Origin: Candidatus Multivorans sp.
Lineage (GTDB): Bacteria > Acidobacteriota > Thermoanaerobaculia > Multivoradales > Multivoraceae
Direction: 5' to 3'
DNA length: 64,000 nucleotides
Assembly: GCA_965247095.1 (NCBI GenBank)
Contig: OZ251997.1
Coordinates: 4,416,001 to 4,480,000, forward strand
Shown here: one piece after another, positions 18,389-27,341 of the stretch
How the letters are laid out: each line of letters begins with the position of its first letter
Numbering within the stretch: position 1 is the stretch's first letter
Made by a program: the position numbers and the translations under genes
The notes under the pieces: model-generated
Database searches by the model: none
Told to the model about the DNA's origin: nothing
The model's input: the letters and a program-made list of their open reading frames with translations, nothing else

Positions 18389-21028
18389 TTAGGTCGTCCG
18401 ATGGCGGGCCCTTCGCGGGCTTCGCAGCGCGCGGACGAACTCGCGCACGGTCGCCGGTCGGGCGCCGGCCCGAATCCGTTCCTCCGCCAGGTCGAACGCC
18501 ATCTTCCACTGCCGGCGCAGAATGCCGTGGGCGGCGAAGAATCCATAGCGGCGGTCGTACATGTGGGTGGCCTCCGAAGTGACGCCGTTCACTTCGAGTA
18601 CGCGGATGCCCTCGCCGCGCTGGAGCGCTTCGCCGCTCGGGACCCGTACGTCGAAGCGGCCGAAGTCGAAGCCGTCGTAGGCGGTGCTGATCGCGTTCAT
18701 CGCCTGTTCGAGTTCCTGAGTGTGGAGGTGGTTCGCGTCGAGGAAGATCGTGCCGCGGGAGTGCGCGCCGACCTCGGTCAGTTCGACGATTTCGCCGGCT
18801 GCCGGCGTTCGCGTCGCGGCATCGGGATGCTCCTTCGCGTAGATGGGTGCGATCGCAACGGCGCGGCGGTCCAGGAGGATCAGCCGCTCCAGGGTGCTCC
18901 GGCCGTCGCCGGTCACGGTCGGCCGCAACTTGTGGGTGATCGAGAAAACGTGCCCGTCCGACCGGCCGGGATGCCGGGCCCAGAAGACGCCGTACTCCTC
19001 GCCCGCGACGTACTCCTGTACGAGTGCCGGTCCGGGCGTCGCCTCGAAGAACCCGGCCGCGTCGGCTTCTGAGTGCGCTACGGCGATGCCGCGTCCCCGC
19101 TCGCCGGTGTCGGGCTTGAGGACGGCGGGGTAGTCCAGGTCTTGGTCCGCCAGGAACCGCCGGAGCGCGTGGAATCGCTCCTCGCTGTCTCCCGGCGCTA
19201 GCCGCCGCCAGACCGGCAGGGCGTCGCCAATGCCGGCCAGGCCGTCCAGGATGTCGCTCTTCGACTCCCCGAGCAGGCCGCCCAGGGGCATGGCCGGGTT
19301 GATCGCGGTGAAGAAGGCAGGTCGGCCGCGGCGCAGGCCCTGCCACAGGATGAAGAGAGCCAGGGGCGGGTAGAAGGCCCACATGGGCCAGAACTCCCAG
19401 TGCCGGATTCGCAGCAACCGGCCGCGCCAGAGCCGGCGGCCGCGCCAGGTGAGGAGCGGCAGGACGAACGTGCGCACGCCGAAGATCAGGAGCGCCAGCG
19501 CCAGCGCCGCCGCGAGCAGGCCGCCGGGCAGGCGGCCGCCGAACCGCTCGACGGCCTCGCGGCCCAGCAGCGCGTTCATGCCCACGAACGCGGGCGTCCA
19601 GATCGCCACGGCCAGGGCGAAGTACATGCAGAAGCGGAGCAGGCTGGTGCGCAGGATGCCGGCGGCGAGGCAGGTCGGCAGCCGCGAACCGGGCAGGAAG
19701 CGGCTGATCAGGACGACCACCAGGGCACGTCGCCGCAGCCATGCGGAGGCCTCCTCGATCGCGGCCTCGCTGACCCACCACTTGAACGGCGGCAGCTTGA
19801 GCGCGGGCCGCCCGAGGATCCGGGCCAGCCAGGCGAGTCCCAGGTCGCTGCTCAGGATGCCGATGTAGCAGGCGGCTACGGCGACGGGGAAGTCGAGCCG
19901 TCCCTGGGCGATGAGCAGACCGGCCGTGATGCAGGTCAGATCCTCACTCAGATAGGCGGCGAACACGAGGAGCAGGAAGACGATGAGCAGGGCCGGGCCG
20001 GTGAACGGCGGCAGGTCCGTGTCGTCGAACGGCATCGCTGCCCGCCGCAGTCGCTCCGGTTCGGCGTCGGCGCGTGTCGGCGCCTCGCCGGCTTCGACGC
20101 GGCCGAGGAACTCCTCGATTCGTTCCGCCAAGTCGTCGCCGCCCCGGAACAGGAAGAAGTGACTGTCGGGGCGCATCCACAGCTCGCTGTGGGGCACGAT
20201 GCGGTGGTGTTCCAGGGCCGCCGCGGCCGGCACCAGCGGATCCTGTTCGCCGTGGACGATGAACACCGGCGCTTCGAGCGCCTCGAGGATCCCGCGCATC
20301 GGGCGCTGGTCCGTGTCGTAGAAGTTGCGGGCGTAGGAGCGGGCGACCGGACTGTCGAAGGCGCCGAAGTGCGGGACCAGATTGCGCAGTCCCCAGAACA
20401 GGCCGAGCTGGAGACCGTGCAGGCCGTGGTTCACGGTGTAGTCGCCGAGCAGTTCGAGTTCCTGGACGCCGATCGAGGCGACGAGAACGAGCGACGCCAC
20501 CCGATCGGGGGAGTCGTCCGCCATGTGCAGTGCCGGGCCGCCGCCCATGCTGAAGCCGAGGGCATGGAAACGTTCGACTCCCAACTCGTCGAGCAGGACG
20601 ACAGCCGCTTCGGCGTGGGCGCGGATCGAGTAGTCGTTCACCCTGCGCTCGGAGGCGCCGAAGCCGGGAAGGTCGGGGGCGAGGACGCGGCGCCGTTCCG
20701 CGAGCCGGGGCGCCAGACGCCGGAAATCGTCCGCGCTGCCAGGTGAACCGTGGAGAAGTACGAGGGGCAGGGGCTCGTTCTCCGATTCGGCGCCGGCCGG
20801 CGCCGGCCACTCGCGCCACGCCAACCGGACCGGCCGGGAATCGCTCCCGGGAAGCGGCGCCTCGACGGTTTCTCGGCCCGGCGGCAGCGGCGCCGGGTCG
20901 GCCGTGACGCGCGCCAGAGTCGAGGCCAGCAGCAGCGCGGCGTAGACCCCGAGCAGGACCTTCAGCCAGATCCGGCGTCGTCGCGGGCGCCGATCGTCAG
21001 TCCGCTTCGGGAATGCCGATGGGACCAT
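18389..21028 (-). CDS. Alpha/beta hydrolase + DedA/VTT + ATP-grasp fusion
   Basis: LHGSPG/GFSMGG hydrolase; SEDLTC..SRFLPGSRLP DedA; WEFWP, KPDTGERGRG, VQEY, GRFDVR, LEVNG ATP-grasp. Confidence 0.85.
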   Translation of the reverse strand: MVPSAFPKRTDDRRPRRRRIWLKVLLGVYAALLLASTLARVTADPAPLPPGRETVEAPLPGSDSRPVRLAWREWPAPAGAESENEPLPLVLLHGSPGSADDFRRLAPRLAERRRVLAPDLPGFGASERRVNDYSIRAHAEAAVVLLDELGVERFHALGFSMGGGPALHMADDSPDRVASLVLVASIGVQELELLGDYTVNHGLHGLQLGLFWGLRNLVPHFGAFDSPVARSYARNFYDTDQRPMRGILEALEAPVFIVHGEQDPLVPAAAALEHHRIVPHSELWMRPDSHFFLFRGGDDLAERIEEFLGRVEAGEAPTRADAEPERLRRAAMPFDDTDLPPFTGPALLIVFLLLVFAAYLSEDLTCITAGLLIAQGRLDFPVAVAACYIGILSSDLGLAWLARILGRPALKLPPFKWWVSEAAIEEASAWLRRRALVVVLISRFLPGSRLPTCLAAGILRTSLLRFCMYFALAVAIWTPAFVGMNALLGREAVERFGGRLPGGLLAAALALALLIFGVRTFVLPLLTWRGRRLWRGRLLRIRHWEFWPMWAFYPPLALFILWQGLRRGRPAFFTAINPAMPLGGLLGESKSDILDGLAGIGDALPVWRRLAPGDSEERFHALRRFLADQDLDYPAVLKPDTGERGRGIAVAHSEADAAGFFEATPGPALVQEYVAGEEYGVFWARHPGRSDGHVFSITHKLRPTVTGDGRSTLERLILLDRRAVAIAPIYAKEHPDAATRTPAAGEIVELTEVGAHSRGTIFLDANHLHTQELEQAMNAISTAYDGFDFGRFDVRVPSGEALQRGEGIRVLEVNGVTSEATHMYDRRYGFFAAHGILRRQWKMAFDLAEERIRAGARPATVREFVRALRSPRRARHRTT

Positions 21029-21845
21029 GAACGTCGCCGAGTGCCGCCAGTTCTTCGTTCGAGACCATCGGCCGGAAGCTACCTTCCATCGTCTCCCGCA
21101 GTTGGCGGGCCAGCACCTTCCGATCCGCGCTCTGGAGCGGCTCGTTGCCGAAGGCCACTTCCGCTTCGATGCGGCGAAGCTGCAGGAGCTCAGGAGCGTG
21201 GGGGGTCATCGCCATGTAGCCCCACCAGGCGACGCTCAGGAACGCCGGCGTCTCGTCGGGCGGCGTCTCGTAGCGGACGACGGCCCAGTGGACCGGCAGT
21301 TCCTGCCCGGCCGCGGGCGCGAGCAGGGAGGGCTTCAGCGGGGCGATTTCGTTGCCGGGTGTCGACGTGCCTTCCGGGAACAGGATCACCGGGTCGCCCG
21401 CCGCGAGCGCTTCGGCAATCTGTTCGCCAACCTTCGTGACGTCGCGCCGCCGGCCGCGGTCGACGAAGATGGTGTCGGCGGTGCGGCACATGGCGCCGAC
21501 GACCGGCCAGTCCCGGATCTCCGCCTTGGAGACGAAGCGCCCCGGGGCCAGCGCGGAGAGCAGGAAGACGTCGATATAGGAGAGGTGGTTCGAGATCAGC
21601 AGGAAGGGCTCCTTCGGCGGTTCGCCGCGCACCGTGACCCGGCAGCCGAGGATGGCCAGACTGGCGCGTCCCCACCGGCGCAGCACCGAGCGCCGGACGG
21701 CTCGCCAGGCCAGGGGAGCGCGCCGGGCCAGGAAGGGCCGCAGGATGAGTAGCGGGAACCAGGCGGCCAGTGCCGCCAGGAGGACAGCCGGCCCCCGCCA
21801 GATCATCCGCCAGATCCGGAGAGGACTTCTGCTCTTGGGCCGCAT
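20997..21845 (-). CDS. Lysophospholipid acyltransferase (PlsC/OlsA-like)
   Basis: NHLSYID, FVSKAE, FPEGT. Confidence 0.9.
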   Translation of the reverse strand: MRPKSRSPLRIWRMIWRGPAVLLAALAAWFPLLILRPFLARRAPLAWRAVRRSVLRRWGRASLAILGCRVTVRGEPPKEPFLLISNHLSYIDVFLLSALAPGRFVSKAEIRDWPVVGAMCRTADTIFVDRGRRRDVTKVGEQIAEALAAGDPVILFPEGTSTPGNEIAPLKPSLLAPAAGQELPVHWAVVRYETPPDETPAFLSVAWWGYMAMTPHAPELLQLRRIEAEVAFGNEPLQSADRKVLARQLRETMEGSFRPMVSNEELAALGDVHGPIGIPEAD

Positions 21846-21847
21846 CC

Positions 21848-22705
21848 TCAGCGCGGCGCTGGCGGCACTTCGGGTGCCGGTGGCGCCTCGTCCAGCCCGA
21901 AGATCAGCCGGGTCCTGCGGCTGAGAGCGGTCGTGTCCATCAGGACCAGGTAGTCGATCGTTTTGAACTCGCGGTCGATCGCGGGGCGGCTGCAGACCAG
22001 GGCGCCGTAGCGCAGGTAGGTGGCGAAGAGGGGCGGGATCTTGATGTCAGGCAGTGCGGCCACGCGATCGTCGGGCGCCTCGCAGAGGGTGTGGGGGAGG
22101 GGAGGTACGTCGAACTCGGGGTGGACCTTGCCCGCCGCCTGCAGTTGCCGGTAGAGCCGGATGCCGGCCGCCTGATCCTGACTGGTCAATGAACAGCAGC
22201 CGAACAGGTAGCGGCACTGGCTGTGGACCAGGTACCGGGCCAGACCCTTCCAGAGCAGGAACAGTACGGTCCGCTTGCGGTGGTTGCGTTGAATGCAGGC
22301 GCGGCCGATCTCGACCGACTGATCGAGAACGCTTCCGGGCAGGACGTCCAGCTCGTACTCACCGGCCGAGTAGAAGCCGCAGCCGCGGGCGGCCATCGCC
22401 GCCGTCTGCATGCGGTAGGTCCCAATGAGGTGGCCGCCCACGTCGTCGACCAGCATGTGGTGGCAACTCGCGTCGAAACGGTCGGTGTCGCGGCCGGTGG
22501 CGAAGGACTCCTCGAGGCCCTCGCCCAGTTCCAGGTTGAAGACCTCGAAGCGCAGCGCAAGGAGCCGGTCGAGGTCCTGGGCGGTGCGCGCGAAACGGAG
22601 CCGGTAGCTGCCGACTTCGATCTCGCCGTCGGGGAGAAGCTCCGGGTTGGGAAGAGTGCCCGGCGGCTCGACAGGTCGGGACGGGAGACTCGCCGACTCG
22701 GTCAT
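21848..22705 (-). CDS. olsB: GNAT N-acyltransferase, OlsB-like
   Basis: LRFEVFNLELGEG, D.DRFD..CHH, GTYR, EIGRACI, LFGCCSL, PPLFATYLRYGA, IDREFKTID; ATG at 22705. Confidence 0.8.
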   Translation of the reverse strand: MTESASLPSRPVEPPGTLPNPELLPDGEIEVGSYRLRFARTAQDLDRLLALRFEVFNLELGEGLEESFATGRDTDRFDASCHHMLVDDVGGHLIGTYRMQTAAMAARGCGFYSAGEYELDVLPGSVLDQSVEIGRACIQRNHRKRTVLFLLWKGLARYLVHSQCRYLFGCCSLTSQDQAAGIRLYRQLQAAGKVHPEFDVPPLPHTLCEAPDDRVAALPDIKIPPLFATYLRYGALVCSRPAIDREFKTIDYLVLMDTTALSRRTRLIFGLDEAPPAPEVPPAPR

Positions 22706-23652
22706 GAGCCCGCCCCGGTCGCGGCGCGTATCCACTCGGTAGTGGGCACCGTCAGGAAGAGGCGGTCGTCCTTGCGCCTCAGGATGCCGGAAACCGCGAC
22801 CGGCTGGCCCACCCAGTCGAGCACCTCGGTCCCCATCGGCTGGCCGCGTTCGTCCAACAGATGGACCAGACGGCGTTCGTCGTTCTCCGTTCGGACCAGC
22901 AGTGCCGCCGGGATGCCGCCGCGGATGCAGAGGGAGGCGCAGTCCCGGTGGGGCTTGCCGCGGCCCGGCTTCATGGCGCCGAGGTAGCACTTCGTGTCGA
23001 CGATTTCGCCGACGAGGGTATGGGCGCGCAGGTAGAGGCGGTCGACCTCTGCGCCCGGTGGCGGAACCACTCCAGCCGCCGCGTCTTCGCTCTCACGAGC
23101 GGGGGGCAAGCCACCGGTTCCGAGGCCGCTTGGAGAGTCCGGTTCCGCCGGAGATCCTCCGTCGACGCCTCCTTCGGTGAGTTCCAGGGAATGCACTTCG
23201 AGCATCGCCGCTTCCGGGTTCCGGATCAGCGTGCCGGAGAGCTGGATTTCTCTGGATGGTGCGGCCGACCAAGGCGCGTTGGGAGGCTCATTCGCGTCGA
23301 GCCCGTGCTTTCCTTCCGCGACCAGAAGGTAACCCGCGGCAGGTCCGTCCGCCGTGAGCAGGCGGGGATGGGGATCGATGAGCAGTTCGCCGCTGTAGTC
23401 CCGCAGCGTGCCGTACTCGAACACTCCTTCGTCGAAGCGTTCCAGCAGCAGGGCCAGGCCGGCGCCGAGCGCCGCGGCCAGCAGCAGGAGCCCGATCACG
23501 GCGCGGCGGGCGAACCGGGAGATCCCGGGCGGCGTCTCATCGAGGTAGCCGACGTAGAACTCGGGTGGCGCGACCCGCGCCACCCGTGAACCAGTCCGTG
23601 CGCCCGTCAATCGGGCGCACGGATGGCACTCGTCGCGGCGTTCGCCGGTCAC
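22702..23652 (-). CDS. Membrane-anchored hypothetical protein with Cys/His motif; carries an in-frame 69-bp insertion
   Basis: GTG overlaps the upstream stop; EFYVGYL, TM helix, GEIVDTKCYLGAMKPG.GKPHRDCASLCIRGGIP. Confidence 0.75.
   Translation of the reverse strand: MTGERRDECHPCARLTGARTGSRVARVAPPEFYVGYLDETPPGISRFARRAVIGLLLLAAALGAGLALLLERFDEGVFEYGTLRDYSGELLIDPHPRLLTADGPAAGYLLVAEGKHGLDANEPPNAPWSAAPSREIQLSGTLIRNPEAAMLEVHSLELTEGGVDGGSPAEPDSPSGLGTGGLPPARESEDAAAGVVPPPGAEVDRLYLRAHTLVGEIVDTKCYLGAMKPGRGKPHRDCASLCIRGGIPAALLVRTENDERRLVHLLDERGQPMGTEVLDWVGQPVAVSGILRRKDDRLFLTVPTTEWIRAATGAGS
23559..23632 (+). mobile_element. Element A (69 bp, two hairpins) inside a CDS, bounded by ACTCG repeats
   Basis: ACTCG at 23559-63 and 23628-32; hairpins GGGTGGCGCG/CGCGCCACCC and TCCGTGCGCCCG/CGGGCGCACGGA; aligns with 327-399. 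Confidence 0.8.
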
Positions 23653-24767
23653 GAGGGCTCCTCGGGCGTGTCGGGGGGCGCTGTGCAGTCGTCGTTCCCG
23701 GGCCCCGGATGCGGGCGAGACGCCCGCGGTCCCAGGGCCGGCTCGGCGTGCGTACCCGGCGGGTTCGGCCTCGGGTCGACGAGTACCCGGCCACCCTCGA
23801 CGCGGACGTTGAAGGTCGGGATCGTCTCGGTGAAGGGCGGCGGCGAGCATCCGTCCTCAGGGCGGTACTGGTAGCCGTGCCAGGGGCAGGTGATGCAGCC
23901 GTCGATCACGCGGCCCTCGCCGAGCGGCCCGTTCTGGTGCTGGCAGACGTTCGATACGGCAGCGATCTTCTCGCCGCCATCCGTCCGGTAGCGGAAGACG
24001 GCTACCCGCTCGCCGCTGAGCACGAAGATGCGGGCGCGGTCGAGGGGGATGTCCGAGACCGCGCAGACATCGACCGCGGCGTCATCGGTGGTCGCCGCCG
24101 GGGACGACGCGCGCCCCCGCCAGCCCGCAACCAGGTGCAGCGAGGCGATGCCGACGAACCCCACGCCGAGCAGCCCCGCGAGCTGGGCAGGCCGTTCGGC
24201 CGCCTGCAAACTGCCCAGCGCCACGTGGACGAGGATCAGCCCGTAGGCGACGTAGACCAGCATGTGCAGCGACTTCCACACCGGCGCCGTCAGGTTCGCG
24301 AGCCAGAAGTCGTGCGAGGTCGCCGCCATCAGGAACAGGATGACGAGCGCCGTGAGGCCGAGCGCCTGGAAGGGGAACTGGGTCAGGCTGTCGTAGTTGC
24401 CGTTGCTCGCCAGCACGCTGACCAGGGGATTCAGGACCCCGAGACCGTGGAACTGGACGACAGCGAACCCGCCGTGGGCGGCCGCGAGCAGGAACATGCA
24501 GACGCCGAGGTGGCGGCGGTTGTAGAGCAGGGGCAGGAAGCGCCGGTCGAGCCGGCACAGCGGACCGATGGCGAGCACCACGTGAAGCAGCAGCAGGGCG
24601 CCCGCGCCCAACGCCCGGATGAGCAGGGTCTCGATCGTTGCCTGGGGCCGCGTCGAGATGCCGATGCCGACGAACAGGCCCAGGAAGACCACCACGCCTA
24701 CGGCGACGCCCAAGTCGTAGAGCCTCTTGTTGCGGTTCCAGAGAACCGCCTGGTACCCGGCGCTCAT
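23649..24767 (-). CDS. Ferric reductase-like (MsrQ-type) TM domain fused to Rieske 2Fe-2S domain
   Basis: NRRHLG, AATSHD, WKSLHMLVY, LVH heme-b His pattern; Rieske CQHQNGPL...CPWHG. Confidence 0.88.
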   Translation of the reverse strand: MSAGYQAVLWNRNKRLYDLGVAVGVVVFLGLFVGIGISTRPQATIETLLIRALGAGALLLLHVVLAIGPLCRLDRRFLPLLYNRRHLGVCMFLLAAAHGGFAVVQFHGLGVLNPLVSVLASNGNYDSLTQFPFQALGLTALVILFLMAATSHDFWLANLTAPVWKSLHMLVYVAYGLILVHVALGSLQAAERPAQLAGLLGVGFVGIASLHLVAGWRGRASSPAATTDDAAVDVCAVSDIPLDRARIFVLSGERVAVFRYRTDGGEKIAAVSNVCQHQNGPLGEGRVIDGCITCPWHGYQYRPEDGCSPPPFTETIPTFNVRVEGGRVLVDPRPNPPGTHAEPALGPRASRPHPGPGNDDCTAPPDTPEEPS

Positions 24768-24970
24768 GGTTGCGCTTCCGCGTCCGGATCGTCTTCGCTC
24801 GGTTCGGGCGCGTCTGGGGGTTCTACCCAGGGCGCGTCGATGGCGGTGGGCAACTTGTCCACGAGCGGCGGTTCGGGGCGCAAGAGGAGCGCGGCGGTTA
24901 GCAGCCCCGCCACGATCGGGGCCAGCACCGCCCAGACCAGACGGTGACGCCGTCGCAAACCGCGGATCAC
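24764..24970 (-). CDS. Small single-TM hypothetical protein
   Basis: RGLRRRHRLVW plus TM helix; 4-nt overlaps with both neighbours. Confidence 0.7.
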   Translation of the reverse strand: MIRGLRRRHRLVWAVLAPIVAGLLTAALLLRPEPPLVDKLPTAIDAPWVEPPDAPEPSEDDPDAEAQP

Positions 24971-25245
24971 GGGGAAACCCGCCTCTGCCGACCGGCGGCC
25001 GCGTCACGGTGAGCGTTGCGCTCCGTCGGAGGCTGCCGGCCGGTGAGCCACCTCAGTAGGACCACCGGCCACAACGCGGCAACGCCGGGCAGGATGATGA
25101 GCCGAAAGCCAAGGCCGGTTGCCTTGGCGGCAGGATCGACGCGGCCCACGCCGCGCCAGACGAAGAACGGGGCGAAGGCCAGTCCACAGGCGATGTACAC
25201 GGCGCAGAGCAGCACCACGACCTCGGCGGCGCGCTCGATGGACAT
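24967..25245 (-). CDS. Small two-TM hypothetical protein
   Basis: GVGRVDPAA...GFRLIILPGVAALWP; first gene of the coupled operon. Confidence 0.72.
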   Translation of the reverse strand: MSIERAAEVVVLLCAVYIACGLAFAPFFVWRGVGRVDPAAKATGLGFRLIILPGVAALWPVVLLRWLTGRQPPTERNAHRDAAAGRQRRVSP

Positions 25246-25340
25246 CGCGGGGAGTATACGCGCGCAGCGTGGCGAACCTGCCGTAGACTCCGCACCGGTC
25301 TTGCCTTGGACAAGTCAACCTGGACGTAGAGGAAGAGAAC

Positions 25341-26483
25341 ATGCGGGTACCGTTTCGCTGCACGGCGACGATCCACGGAGGAGGCCTGAGATCGCTGCTG
25401 CTTGCGAGCCTGATGGCGGCACTGGCGTTCCCGGTCCTTGGCCAGGGAGGCACGCAGGACGTGACCGTCGAGGCCTACGAGCCGCGCTCGACGCTGAAGG
25501 TCGCGGGTGGCTCGGTCACGCGGGCGAAGTTCCCCTTCGTCGACGCCCACGCGCACTTGCGCGGCAGCGACCCGGCGCGGATCGACCAGATGGTCCGCGA
25601 GATGGACGAGATGAACATGGCCGTGTTCGTGAACCTGAGCGGCGGCAGCGGAGAGGGACTGAAGGCGAACATCGCCGCCACCAAGGGCCGCTACCCGGGA
25701 CGGTTCGTCGTCTTCGCAAACGTCAACCTCTCGGGATTGGACCAGCCCGGTTGGGGGGAAGAGGCCGCCGCGCAGCTTGAGGCGGATGTTGCGGCCGGCG
25801 CCCAGGGCCTCAAGATCTACAAGAACCTCGGCATGTTCCTGACCGACAGCACCGGCGAGCGGGTGCCGGCCGACGATCCGCGCATCGATCCGGTGTGGGC
25901 CAAGGCGGGCGAGTTGGGCATCCCGGTCCTGATTCACGTCGGTGAACCGTCGCCGTTCTGGGCGCCCTGGGACGAGCACAACGAGCGCTGGCTGGAGCTG
26001 AAGCAGTTTCCGAACCGCCGCCGCGATGACCCCTTGCGCTTCGCCTCGTTCGAGCAGACGATGACCGAACAGCACAACCTGTTCCGCCGTCATCCGGACA
26101 CGATCTTCATCAACGCCCATCTTGGCTGGCTGGGCAACGACCTGGGGCGGCTCGGGGACCTGCTCGACGAACTGCCGAACATGTACACCGAGATCGGCGC
26201 CGTGGTAGCGGAACTCGGCCGCCAGCCGCATACGGCGGCGGCGTTTCTCACCAAGTACCAGGACCGCGTCCTGATGGGCAAGGACGCCTACGCGCCGAGC
26301 GAGTACCACGTCTACTTCCGCGTGCTCGAGACCGCCGACGAGTACTTCGACTACTACCGCAAGCGCCACGCGCACTGGAAGATGTACGGGCTCGACCTGT
26401 CGGACGAGGTGCTCGAGAAGATCTACTTCCGCAACGCGCTGAAGATCATCCCCGGCCTCGACCGGCGCCTGTTCCCGGAGTGA
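25341..26483 (+). CDS. Secreted amidohydrolase (Amidohydro_2-like)
   Basis: Signal peptide, DAHAH, GLKIYK, PVLIH, NAHLG, MGKD. Confidence 0.88.
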   Translation: MRVPFRCTATIHGGGLRSLLLASLMAALAFPVLGQGGTQDVTVEAYEPRSTLKVAGGSVTRAKFPFVDAHAHLRGSDPARIDQMVREMDEMNMAVFVNLSGGSGEGLKANIAATKGRYPGRFVVFANVNLSGLDQPGWGEEAAAQLEADVAAGAQGLKIYKNLGMFLTDSTGERVPADDPRIDPVWAKAGELGIPVLIHVGEPSPFWAPWDEHNERWLELKQFPNRRRDDPLRFASFEQTMTEQHNLFRRHPDTIFINAHLGWLGNDLGRLGDLLDELPNMYTEIGAVVAELGRQPHTAAAFLTKYQDRVLMGKDAYAPSEYHVYFRVLETADEYFDYYRKRHAHWKMYGLDLSDEVLEKIYFRNALKIIPGLDRRLFPE

Positions 26484-26944
26484 GTTCCCGGCTGGCCCGG
26501 GGAGAGGCGACCCGGCGCGAGGAGGGCCAGGAGACCCTGCCCGCCCAGGGCCTCTTCCGCGGCCGGACGGTGGCGCGGCGGTTCGAGTCGCCGGACGGCT
26601 TCATCGTCCTGGTGGGGAAGACCGCCGCCGACAACGACGATCTGAGCCTGCGGCTTGCCCGTCCCGCCGACTTCTGGCTGCACGCGCCGTCCGGCGCCGG
26701 GTCGCATGTGCTGGTGCTCAACGACTCTGGCGTCGACCGGCTGCCACGGGCCACGCGGGACTTCGCTGCGGCGCTGGCCGCGCGCTACTCCAAGTCCCGC
26801 GCCGGCGGCAGGGTGGCCGTGCATCTCGCCCGCGGCCGGGACCTGAGCAAGCCGCGCGGGGCGCCGCCCGGACGGGTCGCGCTACGACGGTACGAGAGCG
26901 TCTTCGCCCGCCCGGCGGCCTTCGGCCGGGTCGACGACGCTTGA
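26480..26944 (+). CDS. Stand-alone NFACT RNA-binding (NFACT-R/DUF814) protein
   Basis: SPDGFIVLVGKTAADND.L, DFWLHA...GSHV, AARYSK, KPRGAPPG.V. Confidence 0.85.
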   Translation: MSSRLARGEATRREEGQETLPAQGLFRGRTVARRFESPDGFIVLVGKTAADNDDLSLRLARPADFWLHAPSGAGSHVLVLNDSGVDRLPRATRDFAAALAARYSKSRAGGRVAVHLARGRDLSKPRGAPPGRVALRRYESVFARPAAFGRVDDA

Positions 26945-26982
26945 CGAACCGCTGCCTTTCGCGAGAGCCTATGGACGCCCAT
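26945..26982 (-). pseudogene. ParE toxin N-terminal stub
   Basis: MGVHRLSRKAA overlaps the parD end, then runs into the convergent gene with no ParE similarity. Confidence 0.55.
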
Positions 26983-27226
26983 CGCTTCGGAGCCGCGCTT
27001 CGACTTCTTCCATGATGGAAGGTACCGTCCTCTCACTCGGGCCGCTGTCCAGGCCTTCCTGTACGGCAGCCTGAAGGATCTCGAAATCGACCCGCCGCTC
27101 CCGATCGCGCCGAATCAGATCCCGGATGTACTCGCTGTCATTGGTGAAGTGGCCCGCGGCGATCCGCGCCTTGACCCACTGATCCTGCAGGTCCGTCAGG
27201 GTGATCGTCTTTCGAATAGTCCTCAT
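26969..27226 (-). CDS. parD: ParD-family antitoxin
   Basis: RHH: KTITLT...WVKARIAAG.F.NDSEYIRDLIR, EGLDSG. Confidence 0.88.
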   Translation of the reverse strand: MRTIRKTITLTDLQDQWVKARIAAGHFTNDSEYIRDLIRRDRERRVDFEILQAAVQEGLDSGPSERTVPSIMEEVEARLRSDGRP

Positions 27227-27341
27227 CTTGTCTCCAAGAGAATGCTCTCAGTCATACTATTGGTGCAGAGTAGCATGGTACAGCCATGCGGGAACGCCGC
27301 CGTCTTCCTGAGCACGACGTCAGGCGGACCTGTCTGGGAAC

